In this document: piece by piece, positions 1 through 9,157 of the stretch
Layout: each line of letters opens with the position of its first letter
Position numbering within the stretch: the first letter of the stretch is position 1
DNA from: a virus
DNA: 64,000 nt
IMG/VR virus record: IMGVR_UViG_3300020183_005033
Location: 1-64,000 of that record
Reading direction: 5' to 3' (one strand)
The notes under the pieces: model-generated
Database searches by the model: none
The model's input: only the letters and a program-made list of their open reading frames with translations
Told to the model about the DNA's origin: nothing
Position numbers and translations under genes: made by a program

Positions 1-72
1 GCCATCCAAAGGCTTGGCAGGACTTGGAACGCTATTGTTAAAATGGGCAAGGAGTTAGACAAGTTGCCATGA
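1..72 (+). CDS. 3' end of upstream gene (partial)
   Basis: Frame 1 is open from base 1 to a TGA at 70-72 that overlaps the next ATG (ATGA coupling). Confidence 0.5.
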   Translation, partial: AIQRLGRTWNAIVKMGKELDKLP

Positions 73-3000
73 AAACACTCAAAGACCTAACAGACAGAAT
101 TGCTGCAGAACACGGCTTGGAGTGGTATCGACCGCTTAATAAAGCCGAAGATTCTGCCGGAATGACGGCTATTGACTTGGGTAATGGCTATTCGCTGCAC
201 CATGAGCATTCTGAGAACGGCCATGACATTTGGGCTGTTGGGTTTAACGGCGAGCGTGCTGGCACCTTCATGTTAAGAACAGAAGACACTCGCAGAGGCA
301 AGCCCATGGTTGCTTGGGCTGGCCTAGAGAAGCCACATAGAGGTAAAGGTATCGGAACCCTTGCCTATAAGGCGTTAGCTGTTCATTACGGTGGGCTAGA
401 CTCAGACAAAGCATCGTCATCCGATGAAGCCGTTAAGGCTTGGATAAGGGCTGGCGGGCGTCAAATGAAGATAAAAAGTCAATTTGGCAAGCCTCGTTAT
501 ACTTTAGATGGAGACAAGAAACGCCCTGTTGTGCAGTGGAATGAAGAGTTAGTAAAAGCCCCAATGATGAACGAAGGGAATGCTTGGCAAGAACCTGTTC
601 AGACCGGACTAAGGGATTCTGACATAGAAAAAATTAAAGAAGGCGTTAGCGGTAATCATACAATAAAAACTTTTAATCTTCCGAATGATTTATACCACCA
701 TGTAATTACTCATAATAATAGATTCGTGGAACATATTATTTCCGATGACGAAGACCCTTTTGCAAACGGAATCACTCGCGTAGCTGGAGATATTAATGAA
801 AATGGGCACTTAATTATCGGCAGTTCTCAGACTGAACCATACCATCAAAATAAAGGATATGGAAAGCTTGCCTACACACAGGCTCTAAATTATCACGGCG
901 GATTAGTAAGCGATGTGGATTTATCTTATACGGCTAATTCTATTTGGAAACATTTAAAAACTTTGCCAAATGTTGATGTAAAGTTTGGAAAAAAAGGAAC
1001 GCCGCAAAGGCATCTTGCTACTTTAAAAAAATCCTCCGACCTTAACACTCTCATCCAACAAGCCAAAGCTCGCCTTGAAGGCGTTAGGAAGGTTGGCTCT
1101 CAAGAGCCGCGCCCCATGATATTTGCCAATAAAGATGGGACAAAACACGGTTTTGTGACTGTAGACCCTTCTAAACAAGGCCAATGGCGTGTCACTCACT
1201 TTGTAAACAACAAGCCTGCAGGCCATACAGAAGCACCGACTTTCAGCCACGCTATTAAGGCTGCACACGATTCTAGCTACAACGTCTTTAAGGAAATTCG
1301 TGAAGAAGAGATGTTTAAGTCTCAGATTTTACAAAAAGAAATAAAGACTGTTTTTCACGGGTCAAGAACCCCTGTTGATAAATTTTCTCAGGAAGAAGCA
1401 AACAAAAGAATAGGCAGATGGGGAGCGGGAGTTTATTTTGCCGACAATCCCAAAGAAGCACAAAGTTACGGACAAAATGTTTATCAAACTCAAATAGATA
1501 CAGATAAACACTTGGATTTGCATACTGATTTTGATATTAATAAGTTTAATCAGTATGCAACTAACCATCCAGACCAAAAAACAGTTAAAGAAATTAATGA
1601 TATAGCAAAAAATGTACCAAATCCAGATTATATCGACATGTTTGACCATGTGTCGCCAAACGACGAAAACAGAAAAAAAATGTTGTCAGAATTTATTAAA
1701 CATTCTGGCTACAATGGAGTTAGATACGAATTTAGAAACCCTTCTACCATTCAAACTTTGCTATCATTGCCAATTGCAGTTATGTTGCCAAATTTTGATG
1801 TAAACAAAATTCCCAAAAGAAAAAAAGGAAAAAACACTCAATCATACTACACAAAATTTGACACTGATTTTGATATTAGTAGAGCGGAGTCTCTCACAAA
1901 AGCTGCTCATCCGTCAGACCTCAAAAAACTTGCCAACAAAACAAACCCAGAAGCTAATGAAATTGTTGACGCGGCTCCTCATGCCATTCACACGCCCGAC
2001 CAAGAATACGTTGACTTTCTTAACCACCCTAAAGTTCAAAAAGGTTTAGGCAGTAGAGACGTAGGCGGAATCTCCGCAAAGATGGTACACAAGGTAGGCG
2101 ACAATACCTATATGGCCAAGCCCTACCACAAAAGAATCGAGTCTGCCACTAGGGCAATGAACCCTCATCCAATCTCTGGGTGGTCTACGATTGCTACAAA
2201 GAATCTTTTTCATTCTGCAGGAATTGGACATTTGTGTGAAGACGTAGCCTTTCACGAGCACAACGGCATTCCAATGACTGTTCATAAGTTTGCAACTGAC
2301 GCTCAACAATCTAATGTTTTACGCCACATTAAAGACTCTGAAACCGAAGCCGATGCTAAAAAAATAGCTATTATGGACTTTTTGACTAATAACCTAGACC
2401 GCCATGGTGGGAATGTAATGGTTCGCCAAAACAAGACAGGAAATTATAATCTTTTAGCTATTGACCATGAGAGGAACTTTCAGTACAACCAACCTGCCAG
2501 CTTAAGATACAGGGGTAATCCCTATGAAACACCCCGCGCCCATTTAATACACACTGGCCTAAAAGGCGCTGTCTCTACTCCTACTTGGATGGTCGATGAA
2601 GAAGAGACTCATGTACCAGAAGGGCAGACAACAAAACATTGGTGGAAAGCAAATAGAGATAACATATTAAATTCATTTAATAAAGATATAGAAAGTATTA
2701 AAGACCCGCACCTTAAAAAGCATATTCATACTAACTTTATGAGAAGAGCTGATTGGCTCGATGAATTTTCCCATCCAGACCACTATTCTTTTTTTAGTGA
2801 ACATAACAATTCCACTCCCGTTGAAATATTCAAGGAACGTCGCCCAAGAACAGACTACAAGGCAATCATGAAGAACTTGCCTGAAAACCCCTACAAGGCT
2901 ATTGGCGTTATTGACGGCCTGTTCTCTAAAAAGTTATCTTTTGCTACTAGAGAAACTCTCGCAGACCTTTGGAACGAACAAGTTGACAAGATGTCTGGAG

Positions 3001-3209
3001 AAGAGGTTGGAAATTACCTTAAAGATATACAAAAAACAAAAAATCATCCCCATCCCAAGGGAGTCTATTACTCTTTTATGAACAGATTGCTTGAAAAAAA
3101 TCATCGACAGGGAATGCAGCATTTAGTACAAAATAACATGATAGATTTGCCATATTGGAAAAATCTGTTTGAGATAAGATTAAAACTGGGGGCAATGAAA
3201 AAACAATGA
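69..3209 (+). CDS. Multidomain polyvalent/polyprotein: GNAT, GNAT, small domain, ADP-ribosyltransferase-like, PI3/4-kinase/HipA-like kinase
   Basis: GNAT motif A (HRGKGIGTLAY; HQNKGYGKLAY); ART-like FHGS...GAGVYFADNPKEAQSYG...GYNGV; kinase AKPY...NLDRHGGN...AIDHE; domains separated by LNKA/LVKA/LKKS/MFKS/LTKA. Confidence 0.8.
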   Translation: MKTLKDLTDRIAAEHGLEWYRPLNKAEDSAGMTAIDLGNGYSLHHEHSENGHDIWAVGFNGERAGTFMLRTEDTRRGKPMVAWAGLEKPHRGKGIGTLAYKALAVHYGGLDSDKASSSDEAVKAWIRAGGRQMKIKSQFGKPRYTLDGDKKRPVVQWNEELVKAPMMNEGNAWQEPVQTGLRDSDIEKIKEGVSGNHTIKTFNLPNDLYHHVITHNNRFVEHIISDDEDPFANGITRVAGDINENGHLIIGSSQTEPYHQNKGYGKLAYTQALNYHGGLVSDVDLSYTANSIWKHLKTLPNVDVKFGKKGTPQRHLATLKKSSDLNTLIQQAKARLEGVRKVGSQEPRPMIFANKDGTKHGFVTVDPSKQGQWRVTHFVNNKPAGHTEAPTFSHAIKAAHDSSYNVFKEIREEEMFKSQILQKEIKTVFHGSRTPVDKFSQEEANKRIGRWGAGVYFADNPKEAQSYGQNVYQTQIDTDKHLDLHTDFDINKFNQYATNHPDQKTVKEINDIAKNVPNPDYIDMFDHVSPNDENRKKMLSEFIKHSGYNGVRYEFRNPSTIQTLLSLPIAVMLPNFDVNKIPKRKKGKNTQSYYTKFDTDFDISRAESLTKAAHPSDLKKLANKTNPEANEIVDAAPHAIHTPDQEYVDFLNHPKVQKGLGSRDVGGISAKMVHKVGDNTYMAKPYHKRIESATRAMNPHPISGWSTIATKNLFHSAGIGHLCEDVAFHEHNGIPMTVHKFATDAQQSNVLRHIKDSETEADAKKIAIMDFLTNNLDRHGGNVMVRQNKTGNYNLLAIDHERNFQYNQPASLRYRGNPYETPRAHLIHTGLKGAVSTPTWMVDEEETHVPEGQTTKHWWKANRDNILNSFNKDIESIKDPHLKKHIHTNFMRRADWLDEFSHPDHYSFFSEHNNSTPVEIFKERRPRTDYKAIMKNLPENPYKAIGVIDGLFSKKLSFATRETLADLWNEQVDKMSGEEVGNYLKDIQKTKNHPHPKGVYYSFMNRLLEKNHRQGMQHLVQNNMIDLPYWKNLFEIRLKLGAMKKQ

Positions 3210-3871
3210 TTCTTCATATTAAAAGTCATATGACTAGCTTCGAGCACTCAGTTCCTGCAAACTATGAAGGAATCAAAAGCCTTTTTGATATGTTTCCTGC
3301 TGTAGAACAAATAGTTGCACACCATCAAACCCTTAAGGGAGCTATCGACGAGATTGTTGAGTACCTTAGCTCTCACCATATGGATGCTTGGCTGTCTGCA
3401 GAATCACCTCTCAAAAAAGCAGAAGACATGTCTCGCGTCTCGTCAATCGTTGTCTCTACTGAAGACAAGATGCTGATGCTCCAAAGACGTGACAATAAGA
3501 AGTGGACGTTCCCTGGGGGTCATCTGAATGACACAGAGACTCACCTTCAAGGAGCTATCAGGGAGCTATGGGAAGAAGCTGGCATCAAAGCTAACCCAGA
3601 CAAGATGGTTCTATTGGGCAACAAGAAGACATTTCAAGGAAAAGACATCTACGTTTACCTTTATATGGTTTCATCAGAGATGGCAGCATCTGCCGCCAAC
3701 GACCCAGACAAAGAAGCTCAAAAATTTCAATGGATTCCACATATTATCCCCAAAGAGATTGAAGACAACCTCTATATCCCTGTAGGAGACAACGCTTCTT
3801 TGAGTATTTTTAGTAAGTGGCTTCTTAGGAAGAAAGTCGATGCTCTTAAGAGCAAGCTAAAGAAAGATTAA
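3206..3871 (+). CDS. Nudix hydrolase with N-terminal extension
   Basis: Nudix box GGHLNDTETHLQGAIRELWEEAGI; LKKA motif just before the Nudix domain. Confidence 0.85.
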   Translation: MILHIKSHMTSFEHSVPANYEGIKSLFDMFPAVEQIVAHHQTLKGAIDEIVEYLSSHHMDAWLSAESPLKKAEDMSRVSSIVVSTEDKMLMLQRRDNKKWTFPGGHLNDTETHLQGAIRELWEEAGIKANPDKMVLLGNKKTFQGKDIYVYLYMVSSEMAASAANDPDKEAQKFQWIPHIIPKEIEDNLYIPVGDNASLSIFSKWLLRKKVDALKSKLKKD

Positions 3872-4077
3872 TTCAAATCTTCTTTATGATTTGGTTTATT
3901 TTCAATGGCTCGTATTAGTCGAGCCGCGTAGTGTCTATGAAAATCTTGATTTGTTTTATTGGCTGGATTTTGAGCTAATGAATCTAAGTACGCCATCAAA
4001 ATCAACTTGGCTGTCCGATTATCTTCGCTGATTCTTTTAATAAGACTTTCGTCAATTTTGTACTCAGTTTGATTCAT
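3868..4077 (-). CDS. hypothetical protein
   Basis: ORF packed into a minus-strand run of genes. Confidence 0.6.
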   Translation of the reverse strand: MNQTEYKIDESLIKRISEDNRTAKLILMAYLDSLAQNPANKTNQDFHRHYAARLIRAIENKPNHKEDLN

Positions 4078-4081
4078 TTTT

Positions 4082-4705
4082 TTATTTCTTTATGTTTTCG
4101 TACTCTTTATCTTTGATGTAATAATCTCCAGAGTTTGTTGATTTAATTTGTTTTGGACCGTGTATGTACCACTCTCCGCCATTTTCTGCAATTTTACTAA
4201 TAAGCTCTTCGTAAGACATATACATTCTGGCCGCACATCTAGTTAGTAGTCCGTACTCCTGGGCATAACTTTTAATTCCTTGAATGAGAACTTCCGGAAC
4301 AGTAGCCGTTGTTCTGCTGCTAAAAACAATATAATGATGGTGTACCATCAAAAGAGTATTTTCTCTAAACACTCTAATTGTACAGTGCTGATAAATTTCA
4401 AAAGCTGCGCTGGCTGCCAAATCAGCAATACAAATAGTCCTGTAGCGAGACATCCTAGAAATAATAGCCTCGGCGGCATCAACATCTCCGCCGTTGCTAG
4501 AAATATACATCAGTACAGTATCACCAGGCTTGGCATCCTGAATATGCTCATCAAAACGACTAACAGCCAGCCAATCAACATCAAAACTAAAGTTAAAAAC
4601 TTTATTAGGGGACACCTGCACTTCTGCCAACACGTCGGGAGGAACATTCGGTACAGGTTTTGTACAGGACATCAAAAACATCACTAGAAGAAATAAATAT
4701 TTCAT
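4082..4705 (-). CDS. ClpP-like serine protease, predicted lipoprotein
   Basis: Lipobox MKYLFLLVMFLMS-C; ISSNGGDV, AASAA, LLMVH ClpP-type motifs. Confidence 0.7.
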   Translation of the reverse strand: MKYLFLLVMFLMSCTKPVPNVPPDVLAEVQVSPNKVFNFSFDVDWLAVSRFDEHIQDAKPGDTVLMYISSNGGDVDAAEAIISRMSRYRTICIADLAASAAFEIYQHCTIRVFRENTLLMVHHHYIVFSSRTTATVPEVLIQGIKSYAQEYGLLTRCAARMYMSYEELISKIAENGGEWYIHGPKQIKSTNSGDYYIKDKEYENIKK

Positions 4706-5265
4706 TTTGTTGGCCTTTTAGCTGGATAGAACACGGAATGAACTAGCTTTACACATTGTTCTTTGGTCAAAAGTCCCTGAGTCATCAAAGTAAACAAGGC
4801 ATTACGGGCTGCTATCGACGGACTATAGGAGAGACACATATGGACTACGTTTAATAAGGCCACAGCCTCCTCGTCGATATCACTCCTATAGAACATCATA
4901 TTGTTTTCAAGTTCTGCCCTGACAGCAGAAATTCTTTCGTCTAGCTCTCGTCTTTCCCTAATGTTTGCTTGAAGAGTCTTTTCTACTTTTTTAGCAATAA
5001 GGAGGTTAACTCCTAATTTGTCTGACACTTTGCCTAAACAAAACAACAATATACGCCTTGCAGCAAAGTCATCTAAAAAGTTACCAGACAATACGATGTC
5101 AATTTTGTCCAGTGAATCAATATTAGGCAGGCGAACAAAATCAACAATTGTGCCTTGCCATTTAGGGTCTAACGTCTTCCAGATACGCAAGCCAGCTTCT
5201 GATATGTAATACACATCAAATCTGTTAATTTTCCTAGATGTATCAAGAAGTTGACTTTCTTTCAT
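4702..5265 (-). CDS. hypothetical protein
   Basis: 187 aa ORF, coupled to neighbours. Confidence 0.65.
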   Translation of the reverse strand: MKESQLLDTSRKINRFDVYYISEAGLRIWKTLDPKWQGTIVDFVRLPNIDSLDKIDIVLSGNFLDDFAARRILLFCLGKVSDKLGVNLLIAKKVEKTLQANIRERRELDERISAVRAELENNMMFYRSDIDEEAVALLNVVHMCLSYSPSIAARNALFTLMTQGLLTKEQCVKLVHSVFYPAKRPTK

Positions 5266-5268
5266 AAA

Positions 5269-5490
5269 TTACTTTTTGCGGCCTTTCTTTGGTTTTGTGT
5301 CAATTAGGAGTTTGACCGCCTTGCCTTCTAAAATAGAAATGGCCATAGAGGCAGGCATTGATAACCAGGTCATTCCGCCGTCTTCTGTATAAATAGAACA
5401 GTGTTCTTTACGGGTCATTACACGGCAGACTTTGTCTGAGTTAATCCAAACTTCATTGCCATCGCTGTCTACAAAGTTAATAAGCTTCAT
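5269..5490 (-). CDS. hypothetical protein (small beta-rich)
   Basis: 73 aa ORF, coupled. Confidence 0.6.
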   Translation of the reverse strand: MKLINFVDSDGNEVWINSDKVCRVMTRKEHCSIYTEDGGMTWLSMPASMAISILEGKAVKLLIDTKPKKGRKK

Positions 5491-5837
5491 TTTTTCTTCC
5501 TTTTCTTTGTATAAACTTCCTCTTCCTCGTCATCATACTCAGCATACTTATCATAAGCATCTTCGGCTTCATCTTCGTGGTCGTTTCGAGGATACCCCGG
5601 TGACTTGTAGTTTTTTAACTTATCGTCTCTTTTGGGAGATTCTTTGGACTCCACCTTCTTGGTAATCACCACTTCGGCTCCTCCGGGCACCAGTCTAATC
5701 TCCTGAGTAGGAAACCTAAAATGAACGTAAGTTATGAACTCGTCTATAGTTTCTTTTTCCCTTTCCCACTTAAAGTCAAAAATCTCAGTCACAGCTCTGC
5801 CAGTCAAACATTCGTACTTACGACTAGATACCTTCAA
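5487..5837 (-). CDS. hypothetical protein
   Basis: AGGAG RBS upstream of TTG; acidic/basic tail. Confidence 0.6.
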   Translation of the reverse strand: MKVSSRKYECLTGRAVTEIFDFKWEREKETIDEFITYVHFRFPTQEIRLVPGGAEVVITKKVESKESPKRDDKLKNYKSPGYPRNDHEDEAEDAYDKYAEYDDEEEEVYTKKRKKK

Positions 5838-5876
5838 CTCATACTCCTAAATAGAAGGTTATTCGTAACTTCTATT

Positions 5877-6128
5877 TTAATCAGGAAAATGACGCTTTAA
5901 GCCGAAATCAATGATTTTAGACACTTCTTCTTTGGCCATACCGCCATTTTTTAGGCATTCTAAGACATACAGTAAAATACAAGCCGTTGCTTCATTTCTA
6001 AGATTTTGGTCTTCAATAGCATTAAGCCTGTTGGCAAAGTCGTGTGATAATAGACTAACCAAAATTGAAACTTGGTCTACTTTTTTATTCTTTTTGTCTT
6101 TTTTTTTATTAATATCAATGACTTTCAA
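5877..6128 (-). CDS. hypothetical protein
   Basis: 83 aa ORF. Confidence 0.5.
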   Translation of the reverse strand: MKVIDINKKKDKKNKKVDQVSILVSLLSHDFANRLNAIEDQNLRNEATACILLYVLECLKNGGMAKEEVSKIIDFGLKRHFPD

Positions 6129-6238
6129 AAGAATCCTTTCTAAATCTAAATAGCGTTGAATTTGTTGACTTTTTGAAATCGCCGTTAGATTATAAAATGA
6201 TAGTAGCCTACTTTGGCCGCCTAGACAATGGAGAACTT

Positions 6239-6811
6239 ATGGAAAAGAAAATATTAGACACAGCCCTTGCTCTCATTAAACCTTATGAGGGCTGCCACCT
6301 TAAAGCCTACAAGTGTCCTGCTGGCATTTGGACTATTGGTTGGGGGCAAACAGGCAAAGATATTAAAGAGGGAACTGTTTGGACTCAAGAGCAGGCGGAT
6401 GCTGCCTTAGAGAAAAGTGTAGCCAAGTTTACTGAAGGTGTCCTTAAACTTGTTAAAGTTCGTTTGCGCCCAGAGCAAATTGGAGCCTTAGTGTCTTTTG
6501 CCTACAACGTAGGTCTAGGTAACCTTGAGAAGAGCACCCTCCTAAGACTAGTTAATGCCAAGACTGACACTGAAGACATCGTTAAGCAATTTCTTGTTTG
6601 GAACAAGGCTGGTGGCAAGACCCTTATGGGTCTTCTCTACAGAAGAGCATCGGAAGCTCTTATGTTTAAGTCAGAAACATTTAAGAGATTCAATTCCCTT
6701 AAAGAAATGGAAGCTGATTTTGCAATTGAGCATGAGTTATTGCCACCCAAACCAGTCACCCCATCCAAACCCAAAGTAGCCAAGACACCAACCCCCAAGA
6801 AGAAAGCCTAA
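6239..6811 (+). CDS. Endolysin, GH24 phage lysozyme
   Basis: EG...AYKCPAGIWTIGWGQT, ALVSFAYNVG, WNKAGGK..GL..RR.SE; start placed at ATG 6239 after GGAG (ORF track start 6173). Confidence 0.92.
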   Translation: MEKKILDTALALIKPYEGCHLKAYKCPAGIWTIGWGQTGKDIKEGTVWTQEQADAALEKSVAKFTEGVLKLVKVRLRPEQIGALVSFAYNVGLGNLEKSTLLRLVNAKTDTEDIVKQFLVWNKAGGKTLMGLLYRRASEALMFKSETFKRFNSLKEMEADFAIEHELLPPKPVTPSKPKVAKTPTPKKKA

Positions 6812-6814
6812 TGT

Positions 6815-7375
6815 ATGTTACTCGAACTCTATAATAAGATTCCTAATTGGGGCAAAGTGGGCGTTGTATGCCTAGTAGCAGGCTACTTTATCGGTCGTAA
6901 TGCCGTTCCCACCCATACTGAAACAACTACAGACAAGACAGTTGTGATTGAAAAGGAGAAAAACGAAGAAGAGTCTAAGTCGTCTGAAGAGTCTACAACC
7001 AAGAAGACTGGCCCTGTTATTATCGTAAGAGAGGAGACAAGACCAGACGGAACCAAAATTGTAGAAAAAACTAAACAAGGCGGAACTAAAGAAGAGACAA
7101 AGAAGAAAGAAGACAATTCTAAAAAAGTAGAAGAAAAGACAAAAGTAGTTGAAGTTATTAAGGAAGTTAAGGTTACTGAGCCTCTTCCGAGCTATTCTAT
7201 CGGCGCTCATATCAAGGCACCTGTAGACGAAATTACGTCTAACCACCTAAAGAAAGAGTTAGACGTAACCGTTGGTTATAGGGTGTATAAGAGTTTCTGG
7301 CTTGAAGGAGTCGTATCGACCCCCGTGGATTTCAAAAAGCCTTCAGTCGGAATCGGGTTCAGAGTTGAGTTTTAA
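6815..7375 (+). CDS. Membrane-anchored protein with C-terminal amphipathic beta strands (possible spanin-like lysis protein)
   Basis: N-terminal TM segment, charged linker, ends GIGFRVEF; directly follows the endolysin. Confidence 0.55.
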   Translation: MLLELYNKIPNWGKVGVVCLVAGYFIGRNAVPTHTETTTDKTVVIEKEKNEEESKSSEESTTKKTGPVIIVREETRPDGTKIVEKTKQGGTKEETKKKEDNSKKVEEKTKVVEVIKEVKVTEPLPSYSIGAHIKAPVDEITSNHLKKELDVTVGYRVYKSFWLEGVVSTPVDFKKPSVGIGFRVEF

Positions 7376-7924
7376 TCCGTGAGTAGCGGCGTCTTTTTCA
7401 ACTTTCTCTTTAAAAACTTTCATTATGTTCTTTTGAGAAAGTTTCTTAACGACGCCGGTCTTCTTGTCTCTCTTGTGATACTCAGATAGAACAATACCCT
7501 CGTGGATATAAAAGCTAAGAAAAGGTATCATTGCTACCTTAAAGACGGCTGGTATCATTGCTACCTTAAAGACGGCTTTTTCTATCTTAGGGGCCTCTTC
7601 GTTGTCAAACCTGCCATCCATCTCATAAAGAACGTACAGCTCTACGCCTAAAGCCTTGGACAATTGAATCAATACGGCTTCTGACTTAGTCAAGTCTAAG
7701 TCGCCATACCAAACTTTGCCGTACTCCTTAGTGATTAGGTTACTATTAAATACAACAAAGTTTTCTTTATGGCGGTCGCTGTATCTGCTCTTAGACCCTA
7801 ACATTGAACTTCTGATACCAAGAAACAGCTCAGCGAGCTGCTGAGCCTTTTCTTTAGTCATAGGGTCATTGAGGTCAATGACTGGTTTTTTTTCTAAGCT
7901 GACAATCTTAGTTGTCATTTTCAT
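7343..7924 (-). CDS. hypothetical protein
   Basis: ORF with internal 9-aa duplication AVFKVAMIP; start adjusted from 7987. Confidence 0.6.
   Translation of the reverse strand: MKMTTKIVSLEKKPVIDLNDPMTKEKAQQLAELFLGIRSSMLGSKSRYSDRHKENFVVFNSNLITKEYGKVWYGDLDLTKSEAVLIQLSKALGVELYVLYEMDGRFDNEEAPKIEKAVFKVAMIPAVFKVAMIPFLSFYIHEGIVLSEYHKRDKKTGVVKKLSQKNIMKVFKEKVEKDAATHGLKLNSEPDSD
7524..7577. repeat. 27-bp perfect tandem duplication
   Basis: ggtatcattgctaccttaaagacggct x2, in frame. Confidence 0.9.
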
Positions 7925-8288
7925 CCACTTTCTTCTTTTCAGACAGCACATAAGCTGCCATTGCGATTGTTGCCTTATAAGGAGCAATGGCTTCCTTCAG
8001 ACCGCTTTCTAGTAGCTTCTTGGCTTCAACTGCTCTCTGGTACTCTTCGTGAGCTTCTAGCTCTTCTTCGCCGCGCTGAGCCTGTACAGCGGCTCCCGCA
8101 ATGAGCTCTTCTAGCTCCTGCTGAGACATCTTAAGGACTTCTTGAATGCGGTCAAAGGACATGAACTTAGCTACTTTGCTGTGAATCTTCTTCGGTACTC
8201 CGTATTCCTCAAGCATCCCCTTCTTTTCTTTAGGGGACACATCATCAGTTACTGAATCGTTTGAGTGAATCCTCTTAAGTCTCGCCAT
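7908..8288 (-). CDS. hypothetical coiled-coil protein
   Basis: 126 aa, GGAG RBS. Confidence 0.7.
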   Translation of the reverse strand: MARLKRIHSNDSVTDDVSPKEKKGMLEEYGVPKKIHSKVAKFMSFDRIQEVLKMSQQELEELIAGAAVQAQRGEEELEAHEEYQRAVEAKKLLESGLKEAIAPYKATIAMAAYVLSEKKKVDENDN

Positions 8289-8302
8289 AATACTTCTCCC
8301 TA

Positions 8303-8806
8303 TTAATAAAGTAGTGCGTCGTCTTCGTCTTGCTGGAACACTTCGCCGCTTTCATAAATTGGTTGCATTCTTGCTGCCGCCTTAACTGCTTGCTGAGGCT
8401 GAGGCCGCCTAACTTGCTGTTGAGGTTGTCTCTGTTGCTGCTGCTGTTGCAGCGGCCTTTGTTGCTGCTGAGGCTGACCCACAACGCTTCTAACTGACTG
8501 TACCAAAGCTTGCTGCAACTTAACACAACTATTTACAATATCCTCTACCTTTTGTTGAGCTAAAGATAAGTCTTCTTCAATGGCTTCGTTGCCCATCAAA
8601 GACTCTACGTGTTTTTCGGCAGCTTCAACAAAAATCTTATGGATAATTTCACCTTGGCTCATAGACAAAAAGGCTTCACGAATAGCCTTAGACTCTACAG
8701 CCTCGATAATCTGATTGGCTAGCTTTACCTTCTGCAAGGTGGAAAGCTTCTTAGGAACTGCCAGCAGTTGAGGCTGCTCGGCGTATTCTACTGGTTCTGC
8801 GCTCAT
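8303..8806 (-). CDS. hypothetical protein with Q-rich tail
   Basis: AAGGAG RBS before ATG 8806; poly-Q stretch. Confidence 0.65.
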   Translation of the reverse strand: MSAEPVEYAEQPQLLAVPKKLSTLQKVKLANQIIEAVESKAIREAFLSMSQGEIIHKIFVEAAEKHVESLMGNEAIEEDLSLAQQKVEDIVNSCVKLQQALVQSVRSVVGQPQQQQRPLQQQQQQRQPQQQVRRPQPQQAVKAAARMQPIYESGEVFQQDEDDALLY

Positions 8807-8816
8807 TGGCTCTCCT

Positions 8817-9155
8817 TCAGTCGGCGACTTCTTCTTGCGCATTTTCGGCTCCCCAAGTTACTGTGAGTTCTCGTATTTCTTTAAGGAGCAGCGTATTAAA
8901 CTCCTTTGCTTTTGCGTTCTCGTTAATAATACTCTTAATTTTAGAGAAAAACAAGGAGTGTATGCGTTTTTTTGGAATACGTCCAACAACATGCCCATAC
9001 ACATCAATATCATCTTCAAAGCCCAAAGTATCTAGTGTCTGCAGTGCGGCAACCTCAACCTGCTCACGCGGGAATTTTCCCTTACGGAAGGGAGCTGAGG
9101 CAATATCTGCCGCCAAAGTCAGACACTCTATTGCTGCTGACTTATCTCCCCTCAT
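8817..9155 (-). CDS. hypothetical protein
   Basis: 112 aa, coupled to the recA-like gene. Confidence 0.6.
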   Translation of the reverse strand: MRGDKSAAIECLTLAADIASAPFRKGKFPREQVEVAALQTLDTLGFEDDIDVYGHVVGRIPKKRIHSLFFSKIKSIINENAKAKEFNTLLLKEIRELTVTWGAENAQEEVAD

Positions 9156-9157
9156 GA

